The notes beneath the pieces were generated by a model. It saw only the letters and a program-made list of their open reading frames with translations. It did no database searches and had not been told where the DNA came from. The position numbers and the translations under genes are program-made. Below, piece by piece: positions 43,194 to 57,479 of a stretch of 64,000 bases of DNA; positions within the stretch are counted from its first letter, which is position 1, and each line of letters begins with the position of its first letter. The stretch is from Eledone cirrhosa (Eukaryota), in the NCBI GenBank assembly GCA_964016885.1, contig OZ024751.1:43338001-43402000 (forward strand). Reading direction: 5' to 3'.

Positions 43194-43950
43194 ATACTGA
43201 TGACAACACACTTTCTTAACTCTTCTCTAATCTTCCTTACATAAGCGTCCTCCACACGCAACCTAGACGACTCACGTCAAACCTGCAATGCCATCATAAA
43301 CAGCGACTCTCTCACGAACGAGGAGAAGGGTGGGGGCAGTGTGGGATGTGGGGTGGGGTGGATATGTCGATCGTGTCTCCTTCAAAATAACAAAGATAAA
43401 TACAAAGCAGTTATCAAGAAAACACTTTTGTGTTTCATCCTTTCTAGTTTTGGACAAAACTCTCATCTGAAACCTTCAAAATTTCACTCCGAAATGAACT
43501 AAGAAGACTCTGGCCACTGGCAGTGAATGGCGCCAATATCATCTGTACTATCATGCTGTACTACCTCTTGCTGTACCTTATATTCAAATTTTACCTTTTT
43601 TTAAAAATTGCTTTGGCACATTTTTCGAAACCAAATTTCATATCAATTTCTCTGCTAAAACCATGTATTATCTGCAGGAGTGTTACTAAATCTCTTAAAT
43701 TTCTCTGCGGAATCCATGTACTACATCCATCTACGTCCATGTACTGCGTTTATCATCTACAGTGTAGGATTTATGGTCAATCTTATACGAGAATGTCTGA
43801 TTGCTCTCCGTAGAATTTATATCCTATCCACGTTTGTTTTATATTTTAGTTGAAAGCTCTATTTTTGTTGTTGTTGTTGCTATTGTTATTCTTCCTATTC
43901 CTCTTCTTATTAACATTATCATTATTATTATTTTTAACAACAACAACAAC

Positions 43951-44394
43951 GGTTTCTGATTTAGACACAAGGCCAACAATTTTGAAGGGGGAGAAAGTCG
44001 ATTAAATCGATCCTAGTGCGTTACTGTGATACTATGTTTGATCGAGCCTCGTGGGGTTTGAGCAACTCAGGACGTAAAAGGGCCGTAACTCTATGCTGTA
44101 AAGCATGTTGTCCACCACCCTTCCCACATGGTAATAATAAATATAAGGCAGGCGTTTTATAGTATTGAATTAGTCATGTGCCATTGCGATATTCGTTCTG
44201 GCCCTTTAAGTAATAATTGTTTCTACTTTTGGCACAAGGCCAGCAATTACCCCAGTGCATTACAGGTACTTTATTTTATCGACCTGTAAGGATGAAAGGC
44301 AAAGTTAACCACGACGGGATTTGAACTCAGATCATAAAGGCCCGTAACTCTATGCTACAAAGCCTGGCGAACGACCCTCTACCGATACTGCCAA
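43951..44394 (-). mobile_element. Two SINE family 1 copies
   Basis: 43951-44110 and 44215-44394 match the family. Confidence 0.8.
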
Positions 44395-44396
44395 TG

Positions 44397-44482
44397 TATT
44401 GGGTTGTAACATAAATTCCCGCCGTTGTTATAAGACTTCTTAATAAAAAAAAAACGGTGGGAGTTTATGTTATAACCCAATA
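44397..44482. mobile_element. Very short mariner-type MITE
   Basis: About 30-bp TIRs tattgggttgtaacataaattcccgccgtt / aacggtgggagtttatgttataacccaata with TA ends. Confidence 0.7.
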
Positions 44483-45474
44483 ATAATAACTTTCAGTTGT
44501 GTGCTCCTATTCTGAGTATCTGTGATTGGTCGTTAAAGGGTTAAGGAACCCTTATTAAAAGCCGTGAAGTGCAGAAGAATATTGAGAGAATTTTCGCACC
44601 ATTTTTTGCAAACAGATCCCTTCTATCTTTTGATGTTATGTTGCTTCATTAGTTTGAAATGTCTGAGAAATATATTTTAGCAGGATAGTAAATTCCAATG
44701 TATTAGTGAGCTGTTTTTTCAAGACAAGAAATACACATGCACACACACACACACACACATACACATACACAAAAAAGAAGCAACCCCTTAAACACACACT
44801 CACAAAAATAATAATAATTAAAAATTACAAAAACCAAACAAAAAAAAAACACCGTCCCTCCACATATACACACAAAACACACTACCCCTACCCCTACAAA
44901 TACACAAAACACCCCCCACCATCAGCACCACCATACACGCAAACCCCCTACCCCCTACCCCACACACACACAGAAATAATAATAAAAAATAACGTAATTT
45001 CATACTTTGCAGAAAATTAAAGAAGATAAAGAAATATACGCCATGTAAATAAGCAGAGGGGGTGGGAGGTTGGAGTAGTTTATTAGGGGGCAGGGTGGTT
45101 TAATGAGGGTACAGTTAAGGGTTCGTTTGTTTTGTTTTAACTGTAAGTTTCTGAACAGTAAAGGCAGTTGTTTTTGGTAAGGTTTTGTTTTTTTGTTGTT
45201 TGTTGTTGTTGGTTGGTTTTTGTAGTTTTATTGGGTTTTGTTTTGTTGTTGTTGTTTGTTGGTTTTTGTAGTTTTATTAGGTTTTTGGGGGTCTTTTTTT
45301 TGTTGGTTGTTGTATCTTTTTTTGAGGAGGTTATATTTTATGTTTTATTATTAATTTTTTTTATAGATGCTTAAGTACAACATTTTAGTAGAATTTTAGT
45401 CAGAATTACTGTGAGTGTAATAACATGATGTGTTATTGTAGTATAGCGTCCCTTTAATGGTCTGATAGTGTACT

Positions 45475-46133
45475 GCAGCTGCTGTTGTTGCCGCTGTTGT
45501 TACTGCTGTTGTTACTGCTGTTGTTGCTGCTGTTGTTACTGCTGTTGTTGTTGTTGCTGTTGCTGTTGTTACTGCTGTTGTTGCTGCTGTTGCTGTTGTT
45601 ACTGCTGTTGTTGCTGCTGTTGTTACTGTTGTTGTTGCTGTTGTTACTGCTGTTGTTACTGCTGTTGTTGCTGCTGTTGTTACTGCTGTTGTTGCTGCTG
45701 TTGTTACTGCTGTTGTTGTTGCTGTTGTTACTGCTGTTGTTGCTGCTGTTGTTACTGCTGTTGTTGTTGCTGCTGTTGTTGCTGCTGTTGTTGTTGCTGT
45801 TGTTACTGCTGTTGTTACTGCTGTTGTTACTGCTGTTGTTGTTGCTGCTGTTGTTGCTGCTGTTGTTACTGCTGTTGTTGTTGCTGTTGTTACTGCTGTT
45901 GTTGTTGTTGTTGTTTCTGATGTTGTTGTTGCTGTTGTTGCTGCTGTTGTAGCTGATGTTGTTGCTGATGTTACTGCTGTTGTTGTTGTTGTTACTGCTG
46001 TTGTTGTTGCTGTTGTTGCTGCTGTTGTTTCCGCTGTTGCTATTGTTACTGCTGTTGTTGTTGTTGTTGTTGCTGTTGTTACTGCTGTTATTGCTGCTGT
46101 TGCTGCTATTGCTGCTGCTGCTGCTGTCGCTGC
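45475..46133. repeat. (CTG/TTG/TTA)n compound microsatellite
   Basis: Direct inspection. Confidence 0.92.
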
Positions 46134-46309
46134 TATTTCAGAGGGTGGGGATGGGAGGTAGATAATCTAATGTATATTTTGAAACATTACTTTATGCTGA
46201 TGTCTAAACAAATTTATTTTTACACGTTTTCTCTTTAAAGTTACGGAATCTAGAGTTATGCAAGAGACTGGCGGAGGTTGTTTTGTATGTTTTAATTATG
46301 AGGGGAACG

Positions 46310-46842
46310 GCTGTGTCCATTACCCTTTTTACAGGGTCTCTTAAACTGGTGAGGTTATGTCCATTACCCTTTTTACAGGGTCTCTTAAACTGAGTTAGGT
46401 TATGTCCATTACCCTTTTTACAGGGTCTCTTAAACTGAGAGAGGTTATGTCCATTACCCTTTTTACAGGGTCTCTTAAACTGGTGAGGTTATGTCCATTA
46501 CCCTTTTTACAGGGTCTCTTAAACTGAGTGAGGTTATGTCCATTACCCTTTTTACAGGGTCTCTTAAACTGAGAGAGGTTATGTCCATTACCCTTTTTAC
46601 AGGGTCTCTTAAACTGAGAGAGGTTATGTCCATTAAACTTTTTACAGGGCCTCTTAAACTGAGTGAGGTTATGTCCATTACCCTTTTTACAGGGTCTCTT
46701 AAACTGAGAGAGGTTATGTCCATTACCCTTTTTACAGGGTCTCTTAAACTGAGTGAGGTTATGTCCATTACCCTTTTTACAGGGCTTCTCAAACTGAGTG
46801 GGGCTGTGTCTATTACCCTTTTTACAGGGCCTCTTAAACTGA
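46310..46842. repeat. 43/45-bp minisatellite (gaggttatgtccattaccctttttacagggtctcttaaactgagW), about 12 copies
   Basis: Head-to-tail units with no unique spacers. Confidence 0.92.
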
Positions 46843-47473
46843 TGGGGTGTAATTGCAGAGAAGGGGAGAGGAAGATATCCTCATGTCAACCCAGAGGCCT
46901 GCACTAAATGCTTGCAACAAAAAGGTCATACCTAAAGTCACCCAAATGCCAGGGTAGTGATGGTGTTAAACCAGGCGACAGCATAAGTCTATCACTAAAA
47001 TGGGTCTATAACGGGATCACAAAATCAGAACGCAAATACCACAAGGCAAACCGATCAAACGTTCTCTCGTATTCTCTATTCTCATACTCACTCTCTCTCT
47101 CCACTCTTTCTTTCCTCTCACTCTCCTCTCCTCCTTATCTCTCTCCCTATCTCTCTCTTTCTCTCCCTCACTCCTTCTCTCTCTCTCTCATTCACTCTCT
47201 CATCACTATCTTCAATATTCCATCTTCAGAATCTTCCAGCTGTGCGCCACTCCCAACTTTAGTAAATCCACCTTCGTGACCCCTTCGCTATTTTCTCAAC
47301 ACACATTCCCTGAACCCATACTGAGAAACATTTTTCCCAAGCCATCCTAGAACCGTACCCTTTCTTACATCACACTTATACACAACATCCTCACCCTACA
47401 CCCCACCACCACACACACACACACACACACACTCAAACACAAACACATACACAGGCAGCAACTTGCAGAGGTT

Positions 47474-47550
<77 letters not shown>

Positions 47551-47590
47551 TTCAAAATATTAACAAAATAGATATTCTTGTGATCAAGTA

Positions 47591-47657
47591 TATTTTATTA
47601 TACATATTTCAGAGGTACTGAGTTAACTTCAACAGTACATCCTCATCAGATAAAATA
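47591..47657 (-). ncRNA. Type I hammerhead ribozyme
   Basis: tattttat-CTGATGA-gga t gtactg...cagtac c tct-GAAA-tatgta-TA-ataaaata; 8-bp stem I; element flanked by (TA)n. Confidence 0.75.
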
Positions 47658-47750
47658 AGATGATGCATGACATAGTCATTGCTGTTGAGTGCTTCCAATC
47701 TATTGTAAAAACTCATTCTTTGATTTATTCATTGAACTTTGTTTAACCTT

Positions 47751-47847
<97 letters not shown>

Positions 47848-47931
47848 TATATTATATATATATATATATATTATATTATATATATATATATATATTATAT
47901 ATTATATTATATATATATATATATTATATAT

Positions 47932-48023
<92 letters not shown>

Positions 48024-48412
48024 ATAATATAATTTTACTATATATATATACAAACATAAATTATCGAGATTCGCATTTCGCCCACGAAATAACGAAAAAC
48101 AACCTCCGAGATGTGCGGCAAGTGCTCAATGATTCAGATGAACCAGAGCTATAACAAATGTTAAAGGCCAAATACACTGAGACGATGGTTAAACAATCAT
48201 TCGCATAGCCAAAAGAAAAAAAACGATCAAGTAATTCGGGTATTGAAAATTTACCCGGACCCCTGGAAGGTTGGTAAAATCCAGTATATGGGTTTCTGCG
48301 GCTCCTAAATCAAGTACCGTCCGCTTACATAAATAATGTCAGGCTTCTGGGAAGATGATTGAACAAGGAAGCCACTTTCTCAACAGGTTTTAGTTCAATG
48401 TTCATATATATA

Positions 48413-48562
48413 TAAGTAGATCCCGAGTTGAGTTAGGGGTAACCACAGTAAATAAGGTACTCAATATATGTGTAGAGTGAAGACAGGAGTTCATATAGAA
48501 AAGGCGTCTACAGGACTAGCACTGTTTCATTCATACGAACGAAACAGTGCTAGTCCCGTAGA
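48413..48562. mobile_element. Family C element; palindrome 48507-48562 centred on HHR stem II
   Basis: tctacaggactagcactgtttc attcatacgaac gaaacagtgctagtcccgtaga. Confidence 0.72.
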
Positions 48563-48834
48563 AGATAGATAGATGTACATATTGATAGGTAGGTAGATAG
48601 ATCGATAGGTAGACATACAGATAAATGGGCAGTTAGATAAATAGATAGAAAGATAGATAGCCAGACAGACAGACGGACAGTGGAGGGTTAGATAGTTAGA
48701 CAGGTATGTAGATTGAGTGGTGTAATTAGTTGAAAGATTGAATGGGTTACTAAAAGGCAGGTGTTGAATAGAAGAACGACACCATAATCACCTTGAGTGT
48801 GTTATATCTCATTAGGTTTTGTTTTGTTTTGTAG

Positions 48835-48993
48835 AAGCTGGTGAAGAGAAACCGGAGAGTTCAATGGAGTGTAGCGTGGGAATATGTGTTGGTCACGGTT
48901 CAGGGACCATCAATACTGATAATAGTTCCGAATATAGGACATATGTCTGGAAACTGACAGATTTCACATTTAGCAGTGATAACAACGTGGAAG
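48835..48993 (+). CDS. ADAMTS-like exon G (end of one TSP1 repeat, start of a degenerate one)
   Basis: ttttgtAG|AA, G|GTaagt; phase 1 to 1. EAGEEKPESSMECSVGICVGHGSG...YRTYVWKLTDFTFSSDNNVE. Confidence 0.82.
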
Positions 48994-49006
48994 GTAAGTA
49001 ACCAGT

Positions 49007-49657
49007 GTGACAACAACAACAACAACAACGACGACGACAATGACAACAACAACGACAATGACAACAACAACAATGACAACAACAACAACAACGACAATGA
49101 CGACAACAACAACAACGACAACAACAACGACAATGACGACAACAACAACGACAATGACAACAACAACAACAACGACAACGGCAATGACAACAACAACAAC
49201 AGCAGCGATGACAATAACAACAATGCCAACGACAACAAAAGACAGCAACAACAACGACAACAACAACAACAACGACAACGACAACGGCAATGACAACAAC
49301 AACAACAGCAGCGATGACAATAACAACAATGCCAACGACAACAAAGGACAGCAACAACAACAACAACAACAATGACAACAACAACAACAACAACAACAAT
49401 GTCGACAACAACAACAACGACAACGACAACAACAACAACAACAGCAACGACGACAACGACAACAACAACAACAACAACAACGACAACAAAAACAGCACCA
49501 ACGACGACAACAACAACTGGAACAACAACAACGACAATGACACCAACAACAACAACAGCAGCAATGACAATAACAACAATGCCAACGACAACAAAAAACA
49601 GCAACAACAACAACAACAACTGGAACAACAACAACGACAATGACACCAACAAGAACG
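49007..49657. repeat. (AAC/GAC)n compound microsatellite directly after exon G
   Basis: Direct inspection. Confidence 0.9.
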
Positions 49658-49903
49658 ATCTATCTATATTATAATGACTCTGTGATCTTTTTGTCCGTCT
49701 GTCACACGGACGTTAAACACTGTCAAAAATGTTGTGAAGGTTTTATTGTTGTCTTGTTTGTTTTTTTTGTTTTTGAGTATTTTAAATGCATGTAACACAA
49801 ACATAGTATATAGAGAGGAAGGGGGAGAGCAATATGTTAAATTTTTATTCATTATCAGAAGTCTGCGTTCCAACAAATTATTTCTAATAACGATCACATT
49901 GCG

Positions 49904-49945
<42 letters not shown>

Positions 49946-49984
49946 ATATATATATATAAGTATATATGTATATATATATAAGTA

Positions 49985-50016
<32 letters not shown>

Positions 50017-50214
50017 AGTATATATGTATATATATATATATATAAGTATATATGTATATATATATATAAGTATATATGTATATATATATAAGTATATATG
50101 TATATATATATATATAAGTATATATGTATATATATATAAGTATATATGTATATATATATAAGTATATATGTATATATATATAAGTATATATGTATATATA
50201 TATAAGTATATATG

Positions 50215-50292
<78 letters not shown>

Positions 50293-50346
50293 TGTATATA
50301 TATGTATATATATATATAAGAATATATATATATATATATATAAGTG

Positions 50347-50450
<104 letters not shown>

Positions 50451-50635
50451 TATATATATATATATATATATATAAGTATATATATATATATATATATATA
50501 AGTATATATATATATATATATAAGTATATATATATATATATATATATATAAGTATATATATATATATATATATATAAGTATATATATATATATATATATA
50601 TATAAGTATATATATATATATATATATATATATAA

Positions 50636-50674
<39 letters not shown>

Positions 50675-50719
50675 TATATAAGTATATATATATATATATA
50701 TATATATATAAGTATATAA

Positions 50720-50758
<39 letters not shown>

Positions 50759-50845
50759 TATATAAGTATATATATATATATATATATATATATAAGTATA
50801 TAAGTATATATATATATATATATATAATATATATATATATATAAG

Positions 50846-50908
<63 letters not shown>

Positions 50909-51108
50909 TTATATATGTGTGTATAAATATGTGCATTTATGTATGTGTATACAAGTATGTGTATGTGTATATGTACATGAATCCATGCGTGTGTAATGTT
51001 TACAAAATACTACTTACCAGTGATAAATAGGGTATCAGATTAAATAAATATACACCTACTCAAATATATATAAATACTTATGGACACATACATATATGTA
51101 TATGTGAG

Positions 51109-51141
<33 letters not shown>

Positions 51142-51261
51142 GCTTATATGTTTGTGTGAGTATATATATGTATATATACAAATATATATATATATACATA
51201 TATAAATATGTGTGTGTATGTATATGTATATATATATATTATATATATATATATATACAAA

Positions 51262-51301
<40 letters not shown>

Positions 51302-51316
51302 GTGTGTATGTATATG

Positions 51317-51349
<33 letters not shown>

Positions 51350-51539
51350 CTGTGTATGTGTAACCCCCAAGTCACAATTGGTATATAATGATGACAGGGT
51401 GTAAAGCTATCCGATTAAATTAATTTATTAATAACTGTAAAGAAATCTGTTTTCACATGGAATATCATTAACTGCAATCATAACAATTTATTGCTGCAGT
51501 TTGGTAATTATAGCTAATAATAATAATAATAATAATTTA

Positions 51540-51800
51540 CTTATCGCAAATCCCAGGAAACCCGCGTATAGGAGAAATACAAAAGATAGTACTAATGGGA
51601 ACTGCCCATATACTAAGGAATATTCTGTCAATATAAGTACATCACAAGTCTAAACACTAAAGATGCATGTGTGAGTATGTATGTTCTTTTTTGAACATGG
51701 CGGACCTTGTTGTCTCTTGAGGTCACTGGTTGTGACTTGGTGATAACTCGTATGAACATAAAGCAAGATAAATGCAGCTGTAATAATAATAATAATAATG
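51540..51800 (+). mobile_element. R4/Dong-type non-LTR retrotransposon 3' end
   Basis: IPGNPRIGEIQKIVLMGTAHILRNILSI* followed by a 3'UTR and (TAA)n; (TAA)n also upstream. Confidence 0.72.
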
Positions 51801-51806
51801 ATAAGG

Positions 51807-52155
51807 GTTTCTGATTTAGGCTCTAAGTCAAACATTTTGGGAGAGTGGGGAAGTCGATTAAATCGACCCCAGTGCGTTACTGGTAATTTGGGACTTTATT
51901 TTATCGACCAAGTAAGGATGAAAAGCAAAGCTAACCTCGGCGAGGTTGGAACTTAGAACGTAAAGTGACGTAACTATATGCCGCAAAGCATGTTGTCCGA
52001 CGCTCTACCGATATTGCCAAGCCATCGCCCTAAATGGTTTTTGATTTAGGCTCAAGGTCAACAATTTTGGGAGAATGGGGAAATCGATTAAATCGACCCC
52101 AGTGCGTGACTGGTACTATATTTTATCGACTCCGTAAGGATGAAAGGCAAAGCTA
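51807..52155 (-). mobile_element. Two SINE family 1 copies
   Basis: Match to family. Confidence 0.8.
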
Positions 52156-52157
52156 GA

Positions 52158-52470
52158 GACCAGAAGGATTTAGAGAAATACGAATTTAAGCTTTTGTGGG
52201 ACTTCACCATTCATTGCGATAGAATGATTGAGACAAGAAGGCCAGACATTTTAGTTGTGAACACGAATAAAAAAGAGGCCCACATTATCGGTATATTTGT
52301 CCCAGGGGGATAAAGAGCCGGAAAAGATGAAGTATGAACTATCAAAGGTGGAGGCTGGAAGGCTGTTGGGGAAATGAAGGTTTTAGCGTGATCCCAGTGG
52401 TGATTGGAGATTTGGGCTGCATACCGAACAGTTTTGAGGACTGTACATAGAATCAGAATTATTAGTTTCA
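52158..52470 (+). mobile_element. Decayed R4-type restriction-like endonuclease fragment
   Basis: KLLWDFTIHCDRMIETRRPDILVVNTNKKEAHIIGIFVPG matches the LWDF.I..D..I..RRPDI PD-(D/E)xK motif. Confidence 0.78.
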
Positions 52471-52609
52471 CGTATCAGACGTCAGTTTTTCATCAAGAAT
52501 GTACAATAATTCAGAGATAAGACAATAAAAGGAACAAGAGAGGGAAATAGAAAAGGGAGATAAAAAAGGAGAGAATGTTATGGATGATTAGTGTCGTGAA
52601 CAGTTCTCC

Positions 52610-52653
<44 letters not shown>

Positions 52654-52656
<3 letters not shown>

Positions 52657-52843
52657 AACCAGTAAGACCCCGACGGCTGAGCTCAAGCCGTTTCGACGGC
52701 TAATTCTCGACAGAATTAGCCGTCGAAACGGCTTGAGCTCAGCCGTCGGGGTCTTACTGGTTCCTGTTACCCACTCTACTACCCTAAGTATTGAGTACTT
52801 TGGTGCGTTATGGTCCACCTGGTTCCTTACCACATTTCCTACG

Positions 52844-52845
<2 letters not shown>
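52654..52845. mobile_element. Family B palindrome (52654-52765, loop cgac) with tail
   Basis: GAAAcggc tt gagc tca gccGTCggggtc; perfect arms. Confidence 0.8.
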
Positions 52846-52919
<74 letters not shown>

Positions 52920-52947
52920 GTGTGTATATATATATATATATGTGTAC

Positions 52948-52979
<32 letters not shown>

Positions 52980-52996
52980 GCATATACATATATATA

Positions 52997-53071
<75 letters not shown>

Positions 53072-53256
53072 GATACGCCTGTACAGAGAATCAGGCAGCC
53101 ACATTCCACTGAAAAGGTATTGGTTAACTCAAAGATAACATTCTTCAGGTGCCGCGTAGCTGTATCAAACCTGAAACCACGTGGTTGCGTAAATCATTCC
53201 TGAACCACATAGCTTTGACTGTGTTTGGTTGAAATGTATAGTCACACACACACACG

Positions 53257-53313
<57 letters not shown>

Positions 53314-53316
53314 ATG

Positions 53317-53348
<32 letters not shown>

Positions 53349-53552
53349 CAAACACGCACACACACACATACAAAATACACAATTACACATACATAAGCAC
53401 GCACACACACAACACATACAAAAAATACGCTCATAAATCATAAGCTTCCCCACATGCACACAAGCACGCAAAAAATACGCACAAAACTCATAAGAAACAA
53501 ACACAAAAATAACAAACACACACACACATATATATACATGTGTGTGTGTAAC

Positions 53553-53586
<34 letters not shown>

Positions 53587-53649
53587 TTGTGTTTGTGAAA
53601 GATCACATACGTGTCTGTGCGTTTCTGTTTGCGTGACAGATCACATGTC

Positions 53650-53680
<31 letters not shown>

Positions 53681-53939
53681 CAGTGAACGAACATGTATGT
53701 GCAATCGTGCGTGTGTAAATATATGTATGTGTAGGTATATGTAGGTATATGAAAGTGTATGCGTGTGTGTATGAATGTATGTGTATGTTTATCAGCGTGT
53801 ATGTGTGTATATATGATTGTATGTGTAAATGAGTGTTTATGTGTGCATGCTTATATAAGACTGTATGCGTATGTGTAAAAGAGTGTATGTATGTGCATGT
53901 ATGTGACAATGTATGGGTGCTTATATAAGAGTGTATGTG

Positions 53940-54086
<147 letters not shown>

Positions 54087-54445
54087 TGTAGTGTATATGT
54101 GTTTATTATCATTCGAAATATTTGAGAGGAGACCCCCAACCCTACCACACTCTCTCTCTCTCTCTCTCTCTCTACCCCTCCCCATCCCACGCTTCTCCCT
54201 TTCTCTAGCCCTCCCCTACCCAGCCCCTCCTACCCTCTCTCTCTCTACCCCTACCCCATCACACCCTTCCCCCTCTCTCTACCCCCCTTTCTCTACCCCT
54301 CCCCCTCCCCCACCCTACCCCTCTATTCCGTCCAATCAATCTGCCTTGATCCCACCCAGTCCCAACAGAGGAAAGGAAATTGAATTATTTAAGAGTGTGT
54401 CGTAACATTATGGCTGCGGTGACCACACCTCACTACAGCTCTTCA

Positions 54446-54488
<43 letters not shown>

Positions 54489-54507
54489 TTATGTATATGT
54501 ATGTATA

Positions 54508-54558
<51 letters not shown>

Positions 54559-54604
54559 AACTAGCTGTTGTAACGGCAAGAGCTCAGCTATCAGGTCCTG
54601 GCAC

Positions 54605-54689
<85 letters not shown>

Positions 54690-54864
54690 TATTTTCCGTT
54701 GTGTTGTAATATAAATATTACACACAGTAGATTATCAGCTCACGTAGAGTTTGCTCGACGGTTCTAGTTGTAGTTCCAAAAGTAATCCGGAGAAAAATAG
54801 AAAGATTTGAATGGATACAGTTTAGTTGAAAGGAATTTATTGACACGTGTTTCTATAACATGTT

Positions 54865-54927
<63 letters not shown>

Positions 54928-54944
54928 TCAAAAACCTCACAAAA

Positions 54945-54997
<53 letters not shown>

Positions 54998-55128
54998 ACG
55001 GGACTACAGAATCTCTTGTTTAGTCCTTCATATATTTCCTATTGGTTGTTGTTGGTGACGCTGATGATGATGATGATGATGATGCTGTTGCTACTGTTGT
55101 TGTTTTTCACCGTCAGAATTGGGATATG

Positions 55129-55286
55129 CCCCGACGGCAGAGCTCAAGCTGTTTCGACGGCTCGAAACGGCTTGAGCTCTACCGGCCGTCGGTGTCATAC
55201 TTTCTCCTATTACCCACTCTACTAGCCTAAGTATTGAGTACTCTGGTGCGTTATGGTCCATCTGGTTCCTTACCACAATTCCTTTG

Positions 55287-55290
<4 letters not shown>
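55129..55290. mobile_element. Family B palindrome with tail
   Basis: Centre tttcga cggc tcgaaa. Confidence 0.75.
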
Positions 55291-55357
<67 letters not shown>

Positions 55358-56418
55358 GTGTGTGTGTGTGTGTGTGTGTCATGAACAAATATTTTCCCCT
55401 TTTCTGATTTCTTACTTTGCTCTTTTTTTCTATTCCTCCTTCTCTCCTTTCATCTTCCGATGAAGGACTAACGTCGGAAACGTTATGACACTTTCCCCAC
55501 TATATAAAGCGGTAAATTAGTGTATATAATCAGTGTATATAATGTATATAATCAGATGAGTGTATGTGTGTATGTATGCATGTATGTGTTAATGTATGTC
55601 TGAATAAATATATGTATGTATGTATATATGTATGTATGTATGTGTGAATGAATATATGTAGGTATGTATGTGAGCATGTATGTATATATGTATATATGTA
55701 TGTATGTATGTGTGAATGAATATAATTAGGTATGTATGTATATATGTATGTGTGTGTGTGAGAGCATACGTATATGTGTGTGTGTGTGTTTATTTCAATT
55801 GTTTTTTTGGTGTGTATATATATAACGACATGCAGATATATCCTGATGTCTTGACAATACATGACTGAGAGAGAGAAAGAGGGGGAGAAGAGAGAGAGAG
55901 ACATCTATAGAGAGAGGGAGGTCGGATAGAAAGCGAGGAAGAAATAGAGAGAGGGGGAGAGAAAGAGATAGATAAGGGAATGAGTAAAAAAGAGATAGAG
56001 AAGAAAGGTGATAGATAAAAGAGAGAGAGGGGAGAGAGAAAAGAGAAAGAGAAAGAAAGAAAGAACGAAAGAAAGAAAGGTGATAGATAAAAGAGGGAGA
56101 GAGGGAGAGAGGGCGAGAGAGAAAGAGGAAGAAAGAGAGGTGGTAGATTATAGAAAAAGAGAGGAAGAAATATAGACAGGGATAGGGAAAATGAGATAAG
56201 AGAGAGAGTGTTTGTGTGTGTGTGTATGTGTGTCTGTGTGTGTCACAGAATATCACAATGTCTGCGACACTATGAAATTCTTATTTCCATCGTTCTCACC
56301 ACACCTCTTTAACCCCCTGATTCTACTGACGCACACACACACACAGATATATACATACATACTCACACACACATGCTTGCACACACACACACACACACTC
56401 TTACACACACACACACAT

Positions 56419-56486
<68 letters not shown>

Positions 56487-56488
<2 letters not shown>

Positions 56489-56676
56489 CAAAGGAAATGT
56501 GGTAAGGAACCAGATGGACCATAACGCACCAGAGTACTCAATACTTAGGGTAGTAGAGTGGGAAATAGGAAAAAGTATGACCCCGACAGCAGAGCTCAAG
56601 CCGTTTCGACGGCTATTTCTGGAAATAGCCGTTGAAACGGCTTGAGCTCTGCCGTCGGGGTCATACTTTTTCCTAT
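56487..56676. mobile_element. Family B palindrome (56565-56676) with left tail
   Basis: Centre ggctatttc tg gaaatagcc. Confidence 0.8.
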
Positions 56677-56796
56677 ATATATATGTGTGTGTTTTAGGTA
56701 ATTCCGAAGGAAAAGCAAAGAAAAAAGAGTGCTCTATGTATAGAACAGAGCTATTTAATTAGAAAGTGAACAACACATATTTACTATCCATAACAT

Positions 56797-56864
56797 CTCT
56801 GTCTGATGACCGATCCAGGTGTATATTAATATTGTCTGGGATCCAGAAACCTTTGGTAATGGAG
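56797..56864 (+). ncRNA. Type I hammerhead ribozyme, stem II base mismatched
   Basis: ctctgt-CTGATGA-cc gatcc...ggatc ca-GAAA-cc ttt gg-TA-atggag. Confidence 0.65.
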
Positions 56865-56893
56865 TAGTTATATTTTGTGTTGTTAACTTTCTA

Positions 56894-56981
<88 letters not shown>

Positions 56982-57288
56982 ATATATATATTGTATATAT
57001 ATAATAAACACGTTTTTTTCTCTAAAAAGTGTTTTCCTCTTTCTTCCTTTTCTCACTCTCTATCTTTCTATTTCCCTTTTTATTTCTCATTCTACCTTAA
57101 AATCTTTTTAAAGGTTTCCCCTAAATTTTTTTTTCCTCTGCCTTGTTTGCGTTTGTTGCTTTCTATTTGTTAATTTTTCTAATTTTGTTATATATATATG
57201 TGTGTACGTGTACATATATATATATGTGTGTGTGTGTGTATGTGTGTTCATACAAATACACATACACTCACACACACATACACACACA

Positions 57289-57343
<55 letters not shown>

Positions 57344-57479
57344 CAAAGATTAAAAGTTTAAGCAAACAATTTCTTTTCACCCTTTCACGGTGATAGATAG
57401 ACAAACAGATGGGATGGTCACGGCTAGAAGACCCTTCATTGGAGGTCTTTTGAAGAGAGGGGCTTTTTTAGGACTAAAT

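Noticed and set aside
46310-46842. CRISPR-like array (also considered for 60690-61080)
   Set aside because: No unique spacers, no cas genes, eukaryotic intron.
53105-53192. HHR-like CTGAAAA-ggt...acct-GAAA-ccacgtgg-TT
   Set aside because: No stem I pairing and a C3/A8 mismatch; at best a decayed remnant.
55450-55490. HHR-like CCGATGAAggac taac gtcgGAAACGTT (similar weak cases at 59869-59914, 54835-54860 and about 36310-36350)
   Set aside because: Core substitutions or deletions and incomplete stems; probably decayed members but not supportable as features.
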